Shown in pieces: positions 50,330 to 64,000 of a stretch of 64,000 nt of DNA (the first letter of the stretch is position 1; each line of letters begins with the position of its first letter). The notes below the pieces were generated by a model. That model saw only the letters and a list, made by a program, of their open reading frames with translations, ran no database searches and was not told the DNA's origin. This DNA is from Eledone cirrhosa. Taxonomy: Eukaryota. The position numbers and the translations under genes are program-made. The stretch spans positions 108,872,001 through 108,936,000 of the forward strand of contig OZ024745.1 in assembly GCA_964016885.1 (NCBI GenBank), read 5' to 3'.

Positions 50330-50668
50330 CCTTCCACCACCTGTTTACTCCCCTTTTAATTTCAGTTTATTTTGATCATGCCTTTATTTTTAAATTTTCT
50401 CATTCCTTGTATTTTGATCATGCTTTATTTTTATTTTTTATATTTTTTGTCTTTATTTGTTAATTTTTCATTCGCACCGTTTCCTTTCGCTATATGTCTC
50501 TCCACCACTCCCCTACACACCTTTTGAACTCTGTTCCCACACACTTCTCACCTGAGGAAGGGCTTATGCCCGAAACGTCGTCCCCCACCTACCCCCCACT
50601 CTCCTGAGCGTGAATTTAATAAACATTTATTGTACTGCCTCTCTGTTCTGTCCCTGTTCAAATTTTTC

Positions 50669-50670
<2 letters not shown>
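50330..50670 (+). mobile_element. Penelope-like terminal repeat with hammerhead core (family E)
   Basis: CTGAGGA-A-GGGC ttat GCCC-GAAA-CG-TC at 50552-50579, then AATAAA and (TA)n. Homologous to 1510-1760 (-), 1-75 (-) and 1005-1095 (+). Stem I is weak. Confidence 0.6.
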
Positions 50671-50713
<43 letters not shown>

Positions 50714-50715
<2 letters not shown>

Positions 50716-51140
50716 TGCTGTAGTGGAGTCTGTGCTGCTGTACGGGTCAGAGACTTGGACACTGACCAAGAAACTCACTCAGATGGTGGATGGGTGCTAC
50801 ACGAGAATGCTGAGGATGGCTCTGAACATTAATCAGTACACACTGAGGATGAAAAACTCAGAGCTGTATGGGAGCCTCCCAAAAGTCACCTCAAAAGTGA
50901 CACAGAGGAGACTGGGGTTAGCTGGACATGCTCACCGACATCCAGAGTTGACATTGCACTCAGTGCTCCTGTGGGAGCTCCTGCATGGACACATTGGAAG
51001 AGGAAGACCAAGGTTAACGTATGTTGATGCCCTAAGGACAGACACTGGTCTGTTGGAGACGCAGGACATGGCAGCGATAATGAGGGACAGAGACCGCTGG
51101 AGAGAACTCGTCCATGGATCTCGGGAATTTTACCCGCCCT

Positions 51141-51142
<2 letters not shown>
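50714..51142 (+). mobile_element. RTE-clade LINE 3' fragment with an uninterrupted frame, in (TA)n
   Basis: [46 protein letters not shown]; 5'-truncated. Confidence 0.88.
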
Positions 51143-51178
<36 letters not shown>

Positions 51179-51185
51179 ATGTATG

Positions 51186-51228
<43 letters not shown>

Positions 51229-51281
51229 ATGTATGTATGTATGTATATATATATATATATATATATGTGTATGTATGTATG

Positions 51282-51337
<56 letters not shown>

Positions 51338-51462
51338 CGCGCGTGTGTGTGTGTGTGCGTGTGTGTGTGTGTTCAGAAATATTTAAATATTTTCGGCTCA
51401 CCATCTCACATATGATAGCCTGACTACATATATATATATATATATATGTTTGTATGTATATA

Positions 51463-51561
<99 letters not shown>

Positions 51562-51576
51562 TCATATATACATACA

Positions 51577-51623
<47 letters not shown>

Positions 51624-52053
51624 ACATATATAAATATATATGCATACGTACTTGTATATAATGTTAGAGCTATAAAAATAGATAAACGAGCGTACAACCT
51701 ATTCCAATACTCCCACCCTATGAACGCAGAACGTTCCCGAGAAGTATCTTCCCCCAGCCATATTGGTAGTGTTACTACTACTGCCACTACTACAACTACT
51801 ACTGGTACTACCAGCACTACTACTTGTACTATCACCGCTACTACCAACAACACGCTAACATTATTTACGACAGTCGCAGTATAACAGCTTATTGCACTAC
51901 CTGGCCATTATTCCTTTAAGTCTAGAAATTTCGCCAGTAGCTATTTGATGTGTTACATAGCTAAACTAACCCAACATCTGCACCCACATTATATATATAT
52001 ATATATATATATATACATACATACATACATACATACATACATACATACATACA

Positions 52054-52089
<36 letters not shown>

Positions 52090-52559
52090 TTTATATATAT
52101 ATATATTTATGTATATATAATGCTATGTGATCGCTACCATCCAGTAGTAGTAAGTACAAAGACTAAATCTACTTCCTACACTTGTGTTTTGACGTTAATT
52201 TTGTACGTCAGACATTTAAATATAGACGGTATCTGTTGTTTTATGTGTGTTTGTTGTTTTTGAAATCGTCTATTTTTAAACGTTTGACGTAAAAATTAAC
52301 GTTAAGCGCCAGCTTCCCTCCATTTGCAAATCAAACAACGTTTAACGCTATCTTCTGGAAACAGCACTTCAGTAATGATATGTCATTATTAGAACAAGGT
52401 CAGGAATTTGTTTTGGAAGTGCAAGAAGAGGATTAGACGTGCAGTTGTTGTTGATGTTATTGTTTAATCCTAGAAACTAGGGAACCGGATGTAAGAATAA
52501 GCTTAGGGTCTAAGCTTATAGCTTAGGGTCTAAGAAAATATCTAAGAAAATATTTATAA

Positions 52560-52840
52560 GTGTCTTCCTATCTTTATACAACTTAGGGCCTTATCCATCC
52601 ATCCACCCATCTATATCCAGTTTTGGTCTTTAGGATGCTGCGGTTATCCTGGACTCTGAGGTAGACAACACCAGGAAAACTCTCACAGCCGCTCTCCATG
52701 AATTTCTGTCCATAGTATCGACATCGGCCAAGTTCCATTTATACAAATCACTCTTCACGCACTCCAACCACGTCTACCTTGGTCTGCCGCGATCTCTAGT
52801 GTCAGGGATTGCCAAGTGAGTGATGTAGTTGATGCATGAC
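52560..52840 (-). mobile_element. Degenerate LINE (RTE-like) 3' fragment
   Basis: Minus strand reads ..RGRPR*TWLECVKSD.. Confidence 0.55.
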
Positions 52841-52898
52841 CTTTAAATCCAGCACTGACCAGGATCGTCTTTATTTTTTTCCTAGACATGTGTTATTG

Positions 52899-53083
52899 CA
52901 AACCTGTCAATTTTCCTCTGTCCGACGGGGAGATCTTTAGGGTGGGTGAGATATGTCTGCACTTGTGAAAATGAGTATAGCTTTCATTATGTAAAATCTC
53001 CGCCTTTTGCCTCATTTCTTCCCGTTCTGGGGAACTTTATTCATGGTACTCCCTGTTTGGGTTTTTAGAAGTTGACATGTCTG
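52899..53083. mobile_element. hAT-like MITE, second copy
   Basis: Reverse-complement homolog of 45366-45550. Confidence 0.7.
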
Positions 53084-53091
53084 TATATATA

Positions 53092-53135
<44 letters not shown>

Positions 53136-53454
53136 CCATTACATATATCACCCTACTATATCAAGAATTAAACTGATGATATATTTCTTTAATTTACAGT
53201 GTTGTTTGCTTTGTTGTTTCCGTTTACTTTTGGCATATATCGGCATTCGATCGACTTTCGTCAAATCGGACCGAGGAAACAATGTTTCCATTGGTCTTTC
53301 CAATTGCTAATACTATCTATCAGTCGCAACTTCGGGTAGCAGGGGCAACGTGAAATAAAGTGTCATCGTCACCGATGAAGGGAAAGGCAATGGCCGATAT
53401 AGCTTGGCACCAGTGATGTCGCAATTCATTTCTACAGCTGAGTAAACTGGAGCA

Positions 53455-53748
<294 letters not shown>

Positions 53749-53893
53749 GTAAATCTACCAAAATGTACGGTAGTGTCCAATCCGTAGAAGAACTCAATGT
53801 AATCCGAATATCAAGAAAAGAGAAGATATATTCCAAAAGTAACGGTTGCATTTTGAAAGGGTACGTCAATTTTTATTTATAAAACTGGTATAT

Positions 53894-54150
53894 ATTGTAT
53901 TTTGTCTGATGAAGGCATACCATAATTTAACTTGGTATCCTTGACATATGTATAATTGTTTCTACTTTTAGGCACAAGGCCAGCAATTACCCAGTGCATT
54001 ACTGGTACTTTATTTTATCGACCCCGTAAGGATGAAAGGCAAAGTCAACCTCGGCGGGATTTGAACTCAGATCGTAAAGGGACGTAACTATGCTGGAAAG
54101 CATGGCGTCCGACCCTCTACTGATACTGCCAATCCATGTATAATGAAATA
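53894..54150 (+). ncRNA. Family A hammerhead inactivated by GAAA to GACA and split by a SINE insertion
   Basis: ATTGTATTTTGT-CTGATGA-AGG.ATACCA/TGGTAT.CCT-GACA-TATGTA-TA, then a SINE with a 9-bp TSD ATGTATAAT (53948-53956, 54136-54144). Confidence 0.7.
53957..54135 (-). mobile_element. S1 SINE inserted in a hammerhead
   Basis: TSD ATGTATAAT. Confidence 0.92.
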
Positions 54151-54281
54151 AATATGGTTTTATAAATATAGTTTCTATTTGTTAATATCGTATATCTACT
54201 CCAAATACATACTTGTCGAATGCTTTATATCAGTTATAAAAATATTTCCTTGTTGTATCCCAACAATTTAAACAGAACTTT

Positions 54282-54461
<180 letters not shown>

Positions 54462-55118
54462 ATACACATAAATGATTATATATACACACTAAGTGGAATA
54501 AATACAAGTACAAGCTTCGAAAAATTGATTTTTGAAAAACTAGACTATTTACCTAAGTTAGTCCTGTACGAAAGTATAATGCCTCGGGATTAAGATTTAA
54601 AAAATAACAGCAAAAGAAATCGCAATATTATTTGTAAGCAAGTAAAAAGAACATTTGGTAAATCATCATCAAAACTATCCTACACCACAACTACCCCAAA
54701 TACAAGCAGTAAAACTACGTTATTTGTCTCGTTGGTTATTATAATATTTTCCTATTTTCATCGGACTGTTTTGTAATACACTGTTAATTCTACCCCCGTT
54801 TAACGCTGATACGAGAAAGCATTTTTTTTTTCTTGGATAAACAATATTTTTAACTGGATAGCAATATACTGTCATAATGTAAAAGTGTGTGTTCTAGTGG
54901 TTAGATCAAAATATCGTGTGTTAGATACCCGGACTGAACGGCGTTGGGTTCTTGAGTAAGTTTCTTCATTTCACATTGTTTTTCATGATAGGACTGTGCT
55001 TCCTATCATAAAAGACGCAAGAAACCGCATGTGAGATACAGCCACACAGAAGACTAGATAAACACGCATGGGTGTGGGATGTAAACTTAATTTTCAATTT
55101 TATTATATATATGTAAGA

Positions 55119-55330
55119 ATCGATCGATAAGATCCCAGACCTCACTCGCTTACCGAGTTGGGTGGAACTCATCAAATCTGACCAAGGAAACAATGTTTCC
55201 ATTGCTGATACAGTAATGTGAAATAAAGTATTTTGCTCAAGGACATAACGCATCGCCCGGTCCTGGAAACGAACTCGCAACCTCACAATTGTGAATCTTA
55301 TTCTCTAACCATTAAGCCACGTGCCTTCCT
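55119..55330 (-). mobile_element. S2 CORE-type SINE
   Basis: Homologous to 14094-14301. Confidence 0.75.
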
Positions 55331-55348
55331 ATATTATTATAAACGTAT

Positions 55349-55535
55349 GCGGTGAATTGGCGGTATCGGTAGAGGGTCGGACGCCATGCTTTCCAGCATA
55401 GTTACGTCCCTTTACGATCTGAGTTTAAATCCCGTCGAGGTTAACTTTGCCTTTCATCCTTACGGAGTCGATAAAATAAAGTACCAGTAATGCACTGGGT
55501 AATTGATGGCCTCGTGCCAAAAGTAGAAACAATTA
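55349..55535 (+). mobile_element. S1 SINE
   Basis: Family consensus. Confidence 0.9.
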
Positions 55536-55845
55536 ATATAAACGAATGCTAACAAGTAAACAAAATATATCTAAGATTCCTACTTTTGTAGAGATAATAT
55601 CAAAACAGTGTGAGAGAAAACAACAGAAACCATCATTAACAGAACTTGGAAAAGACTCTAGTCAAAAGCATAGTATAACCTGATGGAATCTGTAGAATAA
55701 ATGGTAGTAGCAAAATTAATGTAATATTTGAGCTGACCAATGAAAGGGGAAAGCAAAATCTTAACGTAAAAAGTTTTACTCTGTCTGAAACCGGACTAAC
55801 AAGATATTCTTGATAAGTATACACCGGCACTATGACTGCATCGGT

Positions 55846-56028
55846 AGATTGGCAGTATTGGTAGAGGGTCGGACGCCATGCTTTCCAGCATAGTTACGTC
55901 CCTTTACGATCTGAGTTCAAATCCCGCCGAGGTTGACTTTGCCTTTCATCCTTACGGGGTCGATAAAATAAAGTACCAGTAATGCACTGGGTAATTGCTG
56001 GCCTTGTGCCTAACGTAGAAACAATTAA
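55846..56028 (+). mobile_element. S1 SINE
   Basis: Family consensus. Confidence 0.9.
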
Positions 56029-56322
56029 TAATTACAGCCTTTACTCTAATACTACAAATTTCCACAACGATATGTTCAATAGTAAAGATTCAACAAACAT
56101 TTGAATTAATAAATCTAGTTTTAGAAATGTTCTGCTAAATCATTGCAGGTTGCTAAGAGTTAAAGGCATAAATAGAGTCTCGCGTTAAGGGTTTGTCTAT
56201 TAAAAAGCTACAGTAATTAGCACAACAATACATCTAAAACGAGCCAGAAACTATTACCGCAGCTGATAACAACAGAAACAATTCTTTCGACTGAACTTTG
56301 CAGCAGTAAAAGCAATACCATG

Positions 56323-56557
56323 CCCTTTAGTATTTACATTACTCTATTTACATTACTTTATATTTACTATTATATTTTCGTGGTAAAGGTTATATCTCAC
56401 ATAATTATCTCACATAATATCGAAACTATGAGATTTTGATATTATATATTTTGAGAACAATAACTTAACATCAGTATGAGTGACCGGTTGCAACCGGTTT
56501 GAACAGAAAGAGGTGAGAGAATTCTTGCCGGATATGGCCGGTTTAAATGCTAAAGTG
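56323..56557. mobile_element. piggyBac-like MITE, second copy
   Basis: Homologous to 10718-10928; right-hand TTAA retained. Confidence 0.8.
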
Positions 56558-57231
56558 TTAAACGATGGAGTCATTTACTGGAATTGATGTTGAAGAAACC
56601 GTTTCTGGATATAACATCCAGCTAGAGGGAATAGATTCGTAGGAGAAGACCCCAAGAAATCCGAAGACTACATTAGATATATTCTTCCAAGGAAGGACCA
56701 CGTTTTATAATCTCTTAAATAATAACCTCTTCTGTCCTATTTCTTAATGGTGTCTTTCAATTGAATTAATGACAAATAGACCTCTGCAGTCGTGATTAAA
56801 TTTGATTAATACAACTTGTTTCATAATTTTATAATAACATTAGATCTTAATTAATTAAACTTGTTTTCTAATTTTATCATGACTTTTAGATCGCAATGTG
56901 TTAAATCACATTCTGTTAGGTATGTCTAAAGCTATTAAGTGCTTGCAGGGTGCGAGAGCGAGTCTCTGGAATTTTCACTCATATGGCGATATGTATCACC
57001 TTCATTTGTGTTGGAATCACTGTTAAAAATAGCCTTACATGTCAGTATGTCTGTTTACAATATTATAATGGCTCTGTATAATGGCTTTGTATATCGCTGC
57101 TTCGTTTACCGACACAATTCTTTACGGAAGTATCTCTATCGTTAATCGAGGTATTACTGTATAATACATTGACATGAATATATATATAGACACAAGACAT
57201 AGATGTATAAGTCTCTCTCTCACTCATATAT

Positions 57232-57269
<38 letters not shown>

Positions 57270-57272
<3 letters not shown>

Positions 57273-57433
57273 CCAGTAAGACCCCGACAGCTGAGCTCAA
57301 GCCGTTTCGACGGCTAATTCTGCAGAATTAGCCGTCGAAACGGCTTGAGCTCAGCTGTCGGGGGTCTTACTGGTTCCTATTACCCACTCTACTACCCCAA
57401 TGGTCCACCTGGTTCCTTACCACATTTCCTTCG

Positions 57434-57436
<3 letters not shown>
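57270..57436 (+). mobile_element. Family F fold-back element
   Basis: Palindrome centred on AATTCTGCAGAATT; (TA)n flanks. Confidence 0.72.
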
Positions 57437-57467
<31 letters not shown>

Positions 57468-57472
<5 letters not shown>

Positions 57473-57690
57473 AAGTGTCTTGCTCAAGGACATAACGCAT
57501 CACCTGGTCCAGGAATCGAACTCACAACCTTACGATTACGAATCCAATTCTCTAACCACTCAGCCACACGCCTTCACTTATTTCACGTTACTCCTTCTAC
57601 CTGGAGTTGCGACCGATAGATAGTATTAGCAATTGGAAAGACCAACGGAAACATTCTTCCCTCGGTCCGATTTGACGAAAGTCGATCGTT
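57468..57690. mobile_element. S2 SINE with an internal inversion
   Basis: Head on the minus strand (57468-57576), tail on the plus strand (57577-57688). Confidence 0.75.
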
Positions 57691-57731
<41 letters not shown>

Positions 57732-57852
57732 TATATAAGGGAATACAGAATCAGTGTTGCATCATTTGCATATTTAATTACATATTACATATGTTTCACT
57801 GTCGATCAGCTCAAGGAACGATCTATTAATTATCAAACCTGACCCTGGAATA

Positions 57853-57917
<65 letters not shown>

Positions 57918-59299
57918 CTGTACACATACACACATACATGCATTTTTACAAATATATGCATATACATATATATACAATAAAATAAAATAAAATAAGATAA
58001 ATAAATACATACACAAGCATAATAACAACAAGCACATAAACACACACTAGTCACCCAGCAGACACAACACTATACACACTAATCACACAGCACACACAAC
58101 ACTGTACACACACGCAAACGCATGCGCAAAGAAGACAAAATAAAATAAACAAACAAGCAAATAAATAAATAAATATATAGACAGACTGAATAAAAAATGG
58201 CGTAGACATACAACACAACAGGAGGAAAAAATATAACACCACTGACGATGTTGCAGATGTGCAACGAAAGATTTATGTAAATTATGTAAACTATATATAT
58301 GTGTTTGTGTCTATATTGTATCTGTATTATTTTTGACCGTCGGTCAGTCAATGGCAACATTGAGGACCGATTAAGTTAGATCGCAGATATAAAAGACAGC
58401 GAGAAGCGAAAACCAACCAAACAGCGAATGTGTTCTGTTATTAATTCTGGCAATATTACACAAATATGACCCTCCCCAAGTATAACATATATATACATAT
58501 ATGTATATAATATACATGTGAATATAAAAAATATATGTATAAACGCAGTAGCATTATAATAATTTTAATTTAGACACAAGGCCAGCAATTTGTGGAGAGA
58601 GAAGTATTTTCTCTGACATTCTACCGATTTTGCCAATCCACCGTCTTTGTTTAAGCATTTATATGAAAACAGCAATCAAACAAATTAAAGAGAACCTCGT
58701 ATGCATGTCCCAAGTTGTGGATTACAGGTTTCTTTTTTTTTTCTACCTAAGTAGCTGAAATTTTACATAGATACACATCTTTCAATAAAAAGGTTACAGA
58801 CCATGTAACATCTTTTATTTTTTTTATTTGTTCTTTTTAGAAAAAAATGTTATATACCTCTAATCAGTGCAATAGACATTGGGTAACTTTAGGGATTAGA
58901 AAAATATTTCATATGAAAGAATTATATGAATTAGTAAACGATTTTGAAAAAAACATTTTTTTTTTCTGAAGGAAAAACTGTATTTTAGGTTCTATATTTA
59001 TCTCTTCATATTTTATGTATTTTTCTGAAACTCAACTTGAACCATCTTCAGGGTAGCATGGGTGAAATAATTCTGAACAAATCGGCATTGCCGTACAAAC
59101 TAAAGACTGTCGGTATATTTCAAAGTAATTTACCTAACATATAGTGAATTCTCGTGACTATATCTATTGTAGGTATTATTAAACTCGAGCAAGAAGGGGT
59201 ACATCAGCTGGTTGAATATAACGTACGTATCTATGCATTGATAAACTCAAGTCAGACAGGGTACATCGGTTAATTGAATATAACTTACTTATCTGTAAA

Positions 59300-59620
59300 G
59301 ATAGCGAGTTTTTGCCTCCGAAATCTCTTTAGAGTAACGTTACTCGGTAGAGTGCTTAGCTCGGAGATCAAGGAGTCACTCCGAATTGAAAGATCACAGC
59401 TCCGATACTACAAACATGTGGTCGGAACGTCTCAGAAAAGAAACACTGGACATATTTTTCGGGCAAAACCAGCTGACAGGACACCCAAGGGTAAACCTCG
59501 AACACGATGGCTGAATAACATCCATGAGCTTGGCTGGTCTCACTTTTGGATCTAGCCGGAACAATTGGAGACGGTTGCTTCTAACAGGACCACAGGAAGG
59601 CGTGCTTGGGGACTCTGCAC
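59300..59620 (+). mobile_element. RTE-clade LINE 3' fragment
   Basis: RIERSQLRYYKHVV..RTPKGKPRTRWLNNI. Confidence 0.8.
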
Positions 59621-59852
59621 TTGTAATCCATCCTTGGTATTAAAAAAGCTTCCAGTATCCGCCCCTGTCCTATGAGGTCACTTGAAATGTTCGGAACAGC
59701 AGCTTGATAATGCTCAAACAACACTCTACAGTCATAAAATAAGATGACTTTGTAGAATGGCGACAAAGATCTGGTTATGTCTTTGAACATTGTTTTGTTG
59801 GATCAAAGTTAAACAACAGTGGTATAGCCACAATGTAAACATCAACAAGCGT

Positions 59853-60038
59853 AATAATTGTTTCTACTATTGGCACAAGGCCAGCAATTATCCCAGTGTA
59901 TTACTGGTACTTTATTTTATCGACCCCAGAAGGATTGAAAGGCAAAGTTAACCTCGGCGGGATTGTGAACTCAGATCATAAGGGGCCGTAACTCTATGCT
60001 GCAAAGCATGGCGTCCAACCCTCTACCGATACTGCCAA
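59853..60038 (-). mobile_element. S1 SINE
   Basis: Family consensus. Confidence 0.88.
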
Positions 60039-60344
60039 AGGATAACGACCACAACAGCAACAGTTACAACAAGAGCAATAGTGATGGCGATGAAGAAAAA
60101 GAAAGAGAAAAGGAGAAAAGAGAAGAAAAGAAAGAAAAAAGAAAAGAAAGAAAAATGAAAAAAAAGAAAGAAAGAAAGAAAGAAATAGACGACGACGACA
60201 ACGATGAAGATGGTGGCGGTAGTGTGGGTGGGGTGGGGGTGGGGGGTGATAATGAAGAGGAATATCTGAAAAAACAGAAAAAGTGGAATGAGAGAAATAA
60301 AAAAATTCGGAAAGAAAGAAAGAAAGAGAAAGAAAGAGAGAGAC

Positions 60345-60383
<39 letters not shown>

Positions 60384-61042
60384 GAAAAAGACGGAAAGAA
60401 AAAAAAACAATGGAATAGAAGAGAACAATATATAGTTTACCAGTGCCAGAGACTGTCAGCTCCTTGGGTAGGATGCCCAATCAGAACTCCAATATGAAGA
60501 CTTTTGGTTTTGTTTTTAGTAGATGATATACCAGAGTTGGTCCCTTTTGGAAAAGTTTATCTTCAAGATATTCCTTAACCATAGATGGTTTACTGGCTTG
60601 GAAATATTTTCTTGCCATTGTTTTTGTATTTTGGAGTTTTTTTTGTGGGGAGGAGGCGTTATTTTGGAGAGTTTTTTTTTAGGGGGAGGGTTCTTCGGTT
60701 TTTCTTAATTTTGGGGTTCTTTTCTGCTTTGTTGGGGTGTTTGTTAATGTTGTTGTTGTTGTTGTTGTTGTTGTTTGGTATGATGAAAAACCTTAAGGAA
60801 AATATCATTGGACAATGTAAGTGTGTGTTTGTGTGACGGTGGTGGCAGTGTTGGTGTGCCCCCAGTATATATGTGTATATGTATGATGGAAATATTGGTA
60901 GTGTTAGTGGGGGTAGCTAATATATATATATATGTATGTATGTATATGATGGCTCCGTAGAGATAGTAATGGTAATAGTGGCGGCGGTGGTGGTGGTGGT
61001 GGTGGTGGTAGAGTTAGTGTGTGCGTATGTGGATAATATACA

Positions 61043-61121
<79 letters not shown>

Positions 61122-61245
61122 GTATGTGTGAAGACGTTGTCAGAAGTGGTAATGGTGGGGCCAGTGTATATGTGCATATGTGAAAATGTGTATATATACG
61201 TAGGTAAGCGTATATATATGAAAATGTGTGAGACGATATTGGTAG

Positions 61246-61314
<69 letters not shown>

Positions 61315-61429
61315 CCGGGTGCTGTTTTCTGGTAAAATACCCCTTTATTTGAAAAGAGTTGTTCAGGAAGTGAAATGAAAGGGTATCTAGAATTGGGCAA
61401 AGAAGTAAACCTTCCCCTATTAATATATA

Positions 61430-61496
<67 letters not shown>

Positions 61497-61521
61497 GTAT
61501 ATATATATGTATATATACATT

Positions 61522-61571
<50 letters not shown>

Positions 61572-61587
61572 TATATATATGTATATA

Positions 61588-61640
<53 letters not shown>

Positions 61641-61688
61641 GTATATATATATTTGTATATATATATATATATAAGCTAAAGGGATATA

Positions 61689-61723
<35 letters not shown>

Positions 61724-61886
61724 TTGTATATATATTTGTATATATATTTGTATATATATATATATATACATATTTATATATTTATATATATGCGAAACCT
61801 AAGCGAGGGTATGTGTGTACAAATATAGATACACGCATGTATATGTATATATATATATATAATATATATGTTTGTATATATATTTA

Positions 61887-61940
<54 letters not shown>

Positions 61941-61958
61941 ATATATATATATATATAT

Positions 61959-61992
<34 letters not shown>

Positions 61993-62141
61993 GAAGCACA
62001 CACATATGCATACATACATATACATACAAACATATACATGCGTGCATAATACATGCATGCACACACACCCACATATATATATATATATGTGTGCGTGTGT
62101 GTGTCTGCCTGTTGTAGTGTATATAAACACAGATACACACG

Positions 62142-62265
<124 letters not shown>

Positions 62266-62359
62266 CATATATATATATATGTATTTTTCATGTTGCATTG
62301 TTTTCTTGCATGTACGTATACAACTATCTTTTATATGTTATGTGTGTGTCTGAGAGAGA

Positions 62360-62710
62360 GGGGGGTAGTGGTGGTGGTGGTGTGATGGTGGCGGTGTGGT
62401 GGTGAGGTGGTGCCGTGGTGGTGGCGAGGTGGTGGTGGTGGTGTGGTGGTGGTGTGGTGGTGGTGTTGTGGTGGTGGTGAGGTGGTGCCGTGATGGTGGT
62501 GAGTTAGTGGTGGTGGTGGTGTGGTGGTGGTGAGGTGGTGGTGGAGGCGTGGTGGTGGTGAGGTGGTGGTGAGGTGCTGCCGTGGTGGTGGCGAGGTGGT
62601 GGTGGTGGTGGCGAGGTGGTGGTGGTGGTGGTGTGGTGGTGGTGAGGTGGTGGTGGAGGCGTGGTGGTGGTGAGGTGGTGGTGAGGTGGTGGCGAGGTGG
62701 TGCTGGTGGT
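62360..62710. repeat. Degenerate (GGT)n
   Basis: GGTGGTGGTGA/GGCGA units. Confidence 0.9.
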
Positions 62711-63021
62711 TTCGAGTGTAGTTGGTGGAGATTGTTATGTGTGGGGATGTGTGGTGAATGAAACTGCGCTCGCGCATTCGTGTGTTTGTGTATGTATGTG
62801 TATATGTGTGTATATGTGTGTATGTGTGTGTGTGTGTGTATGTGTATGTGTGTCTATGTATGTATATGTGTATGAGTATGTATATGTGTGTATGTATGCG
62901 TATGTGTGTGTGTGAGAGTGTGTATTTATGTGTATGTATATATATATATGTCTATGTGTATATATGTGTGTATATATATATGTATCTATATATATAATGT
63001 GTGTGTAGATATGTGTATGTA

Positions 63022-63066
<45 letters not shown>

Positions 63067-63118
63067 ATATATGTGGTATACATATATGTGTGTGTAGATA
63101 TGTGTATGTTTATATGTG

Positions 63119-63151
<33 letters not shown>

Positions 63152-63233
63152 ATATATGTGGTATACATATATGTGTGTGTGTATATATGTGTATGTATAT
63201 ATGTGTGTATATATATGCGTGTGTATATATATA

Positions 63234-63266
<33 letters not shown>

Positions 63267-63349
63267 GTGTGCGTGTATATATATGTGTGTATATATGTGT
63301 GTATATATATGCGTATATGTATGTGTATATATATATATATATATCTATG

Positions 63350-63422
<73 letters not shown>

Positions 63423-63425
63423 ATA

Positions 63426-63484
<59 letters not shown>

Positions 63485-64000
63485 ATATGTGTATAGGGTG
63501 GTACCGAGTCTGTAAACATTTAAAACAAAAATGTATATTTACGAACATATAATGCATTGTTTTCGCCCTCCACCCTTATCTTCCCCCAGTGCACACGCCA
63601 TCTGGCGGAATGAAGTTTCAAGTACTTCCTGTAAAAGGGGGTACCGTCAGCCTGAACATGTATGTGATTCGGCTTGTACGTGTGTGTGTGTGTCGCTGGG
63701 GTGGGGGAATCCGTTTGTTGGAAGGGAAGCGTTGGAGGGGGTGGGAGTTAATGACAATGTAGATACCTGGGTATAGTTGAGCGTTGCTCTATGATTTGGT
63801 TCCGGTGGATTGTGGTAATGGTAATGGTAGGGGGTGTGGGAATTGGTGGTGGTGGTGGTGGTGGTGGTAAAAAGGGATGTTGCGGGTGGGTGTATGTGTG
63901 TGGCGGGTGTTGGGCGATTGATATTGTTTGTGGTTTAGACATATTTTTTTTTTATATCCCTTAGTCAGGGTCTCCGAAACTTGTGGATGTGAGTGTGAGG

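Noticed and set aside
49920-50330. End of a Penelope GIY-YIG ORF upstream of family E
   Set aside because: C/A-rich low-complexity sequence with no convincing GIY-YIG or RT motifs.
59994-60428. K/E/R-rich ORF
   Set aside because: Low-complexity (GAAA)n sequence starting inside a SINE.

Overview
Eukaryotic, extremely microsatellite-rich (TA, CA, TACA, GA, AAG), gene-poor DNA. The tRNA-derived SINE content resembles octopus/coleoid genomes (inference, not verified). No host protein-coding gene can be supported, and almost all listed ORFs are microsatellite artefacts. The only intact CDSs belong to a full-length L1/Tx1-clade retrotransposon (24415-30034, minus strand; ORF1 CCHC, ORF2 APE-RT-Zn) sitting in a (GACA/TACA)n tract. 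The rest is a mosaic of SINEs, RTE/CRE/R4 fragments, MITEs, a Helitron, minisatellites, a 28S rRNA fragment and a 200-N gap. The most striking unexplained structure is a set of at least six short repeat families embedded in (TA)n that carry type I hammerhead-ribozyme motifs (CUGAnGA...GAAA...UH with pairable stems). Many copies are fold-back palindromes, some with the inversion point inside the ribozyme. One family has a recurrent variant core (CAGAAGA) arranged as a 314-nt direct repeat. These look like Penelope-like pLTR or retrozyme-type non-autonomous elements; no autonomous partner ORF is in the window.
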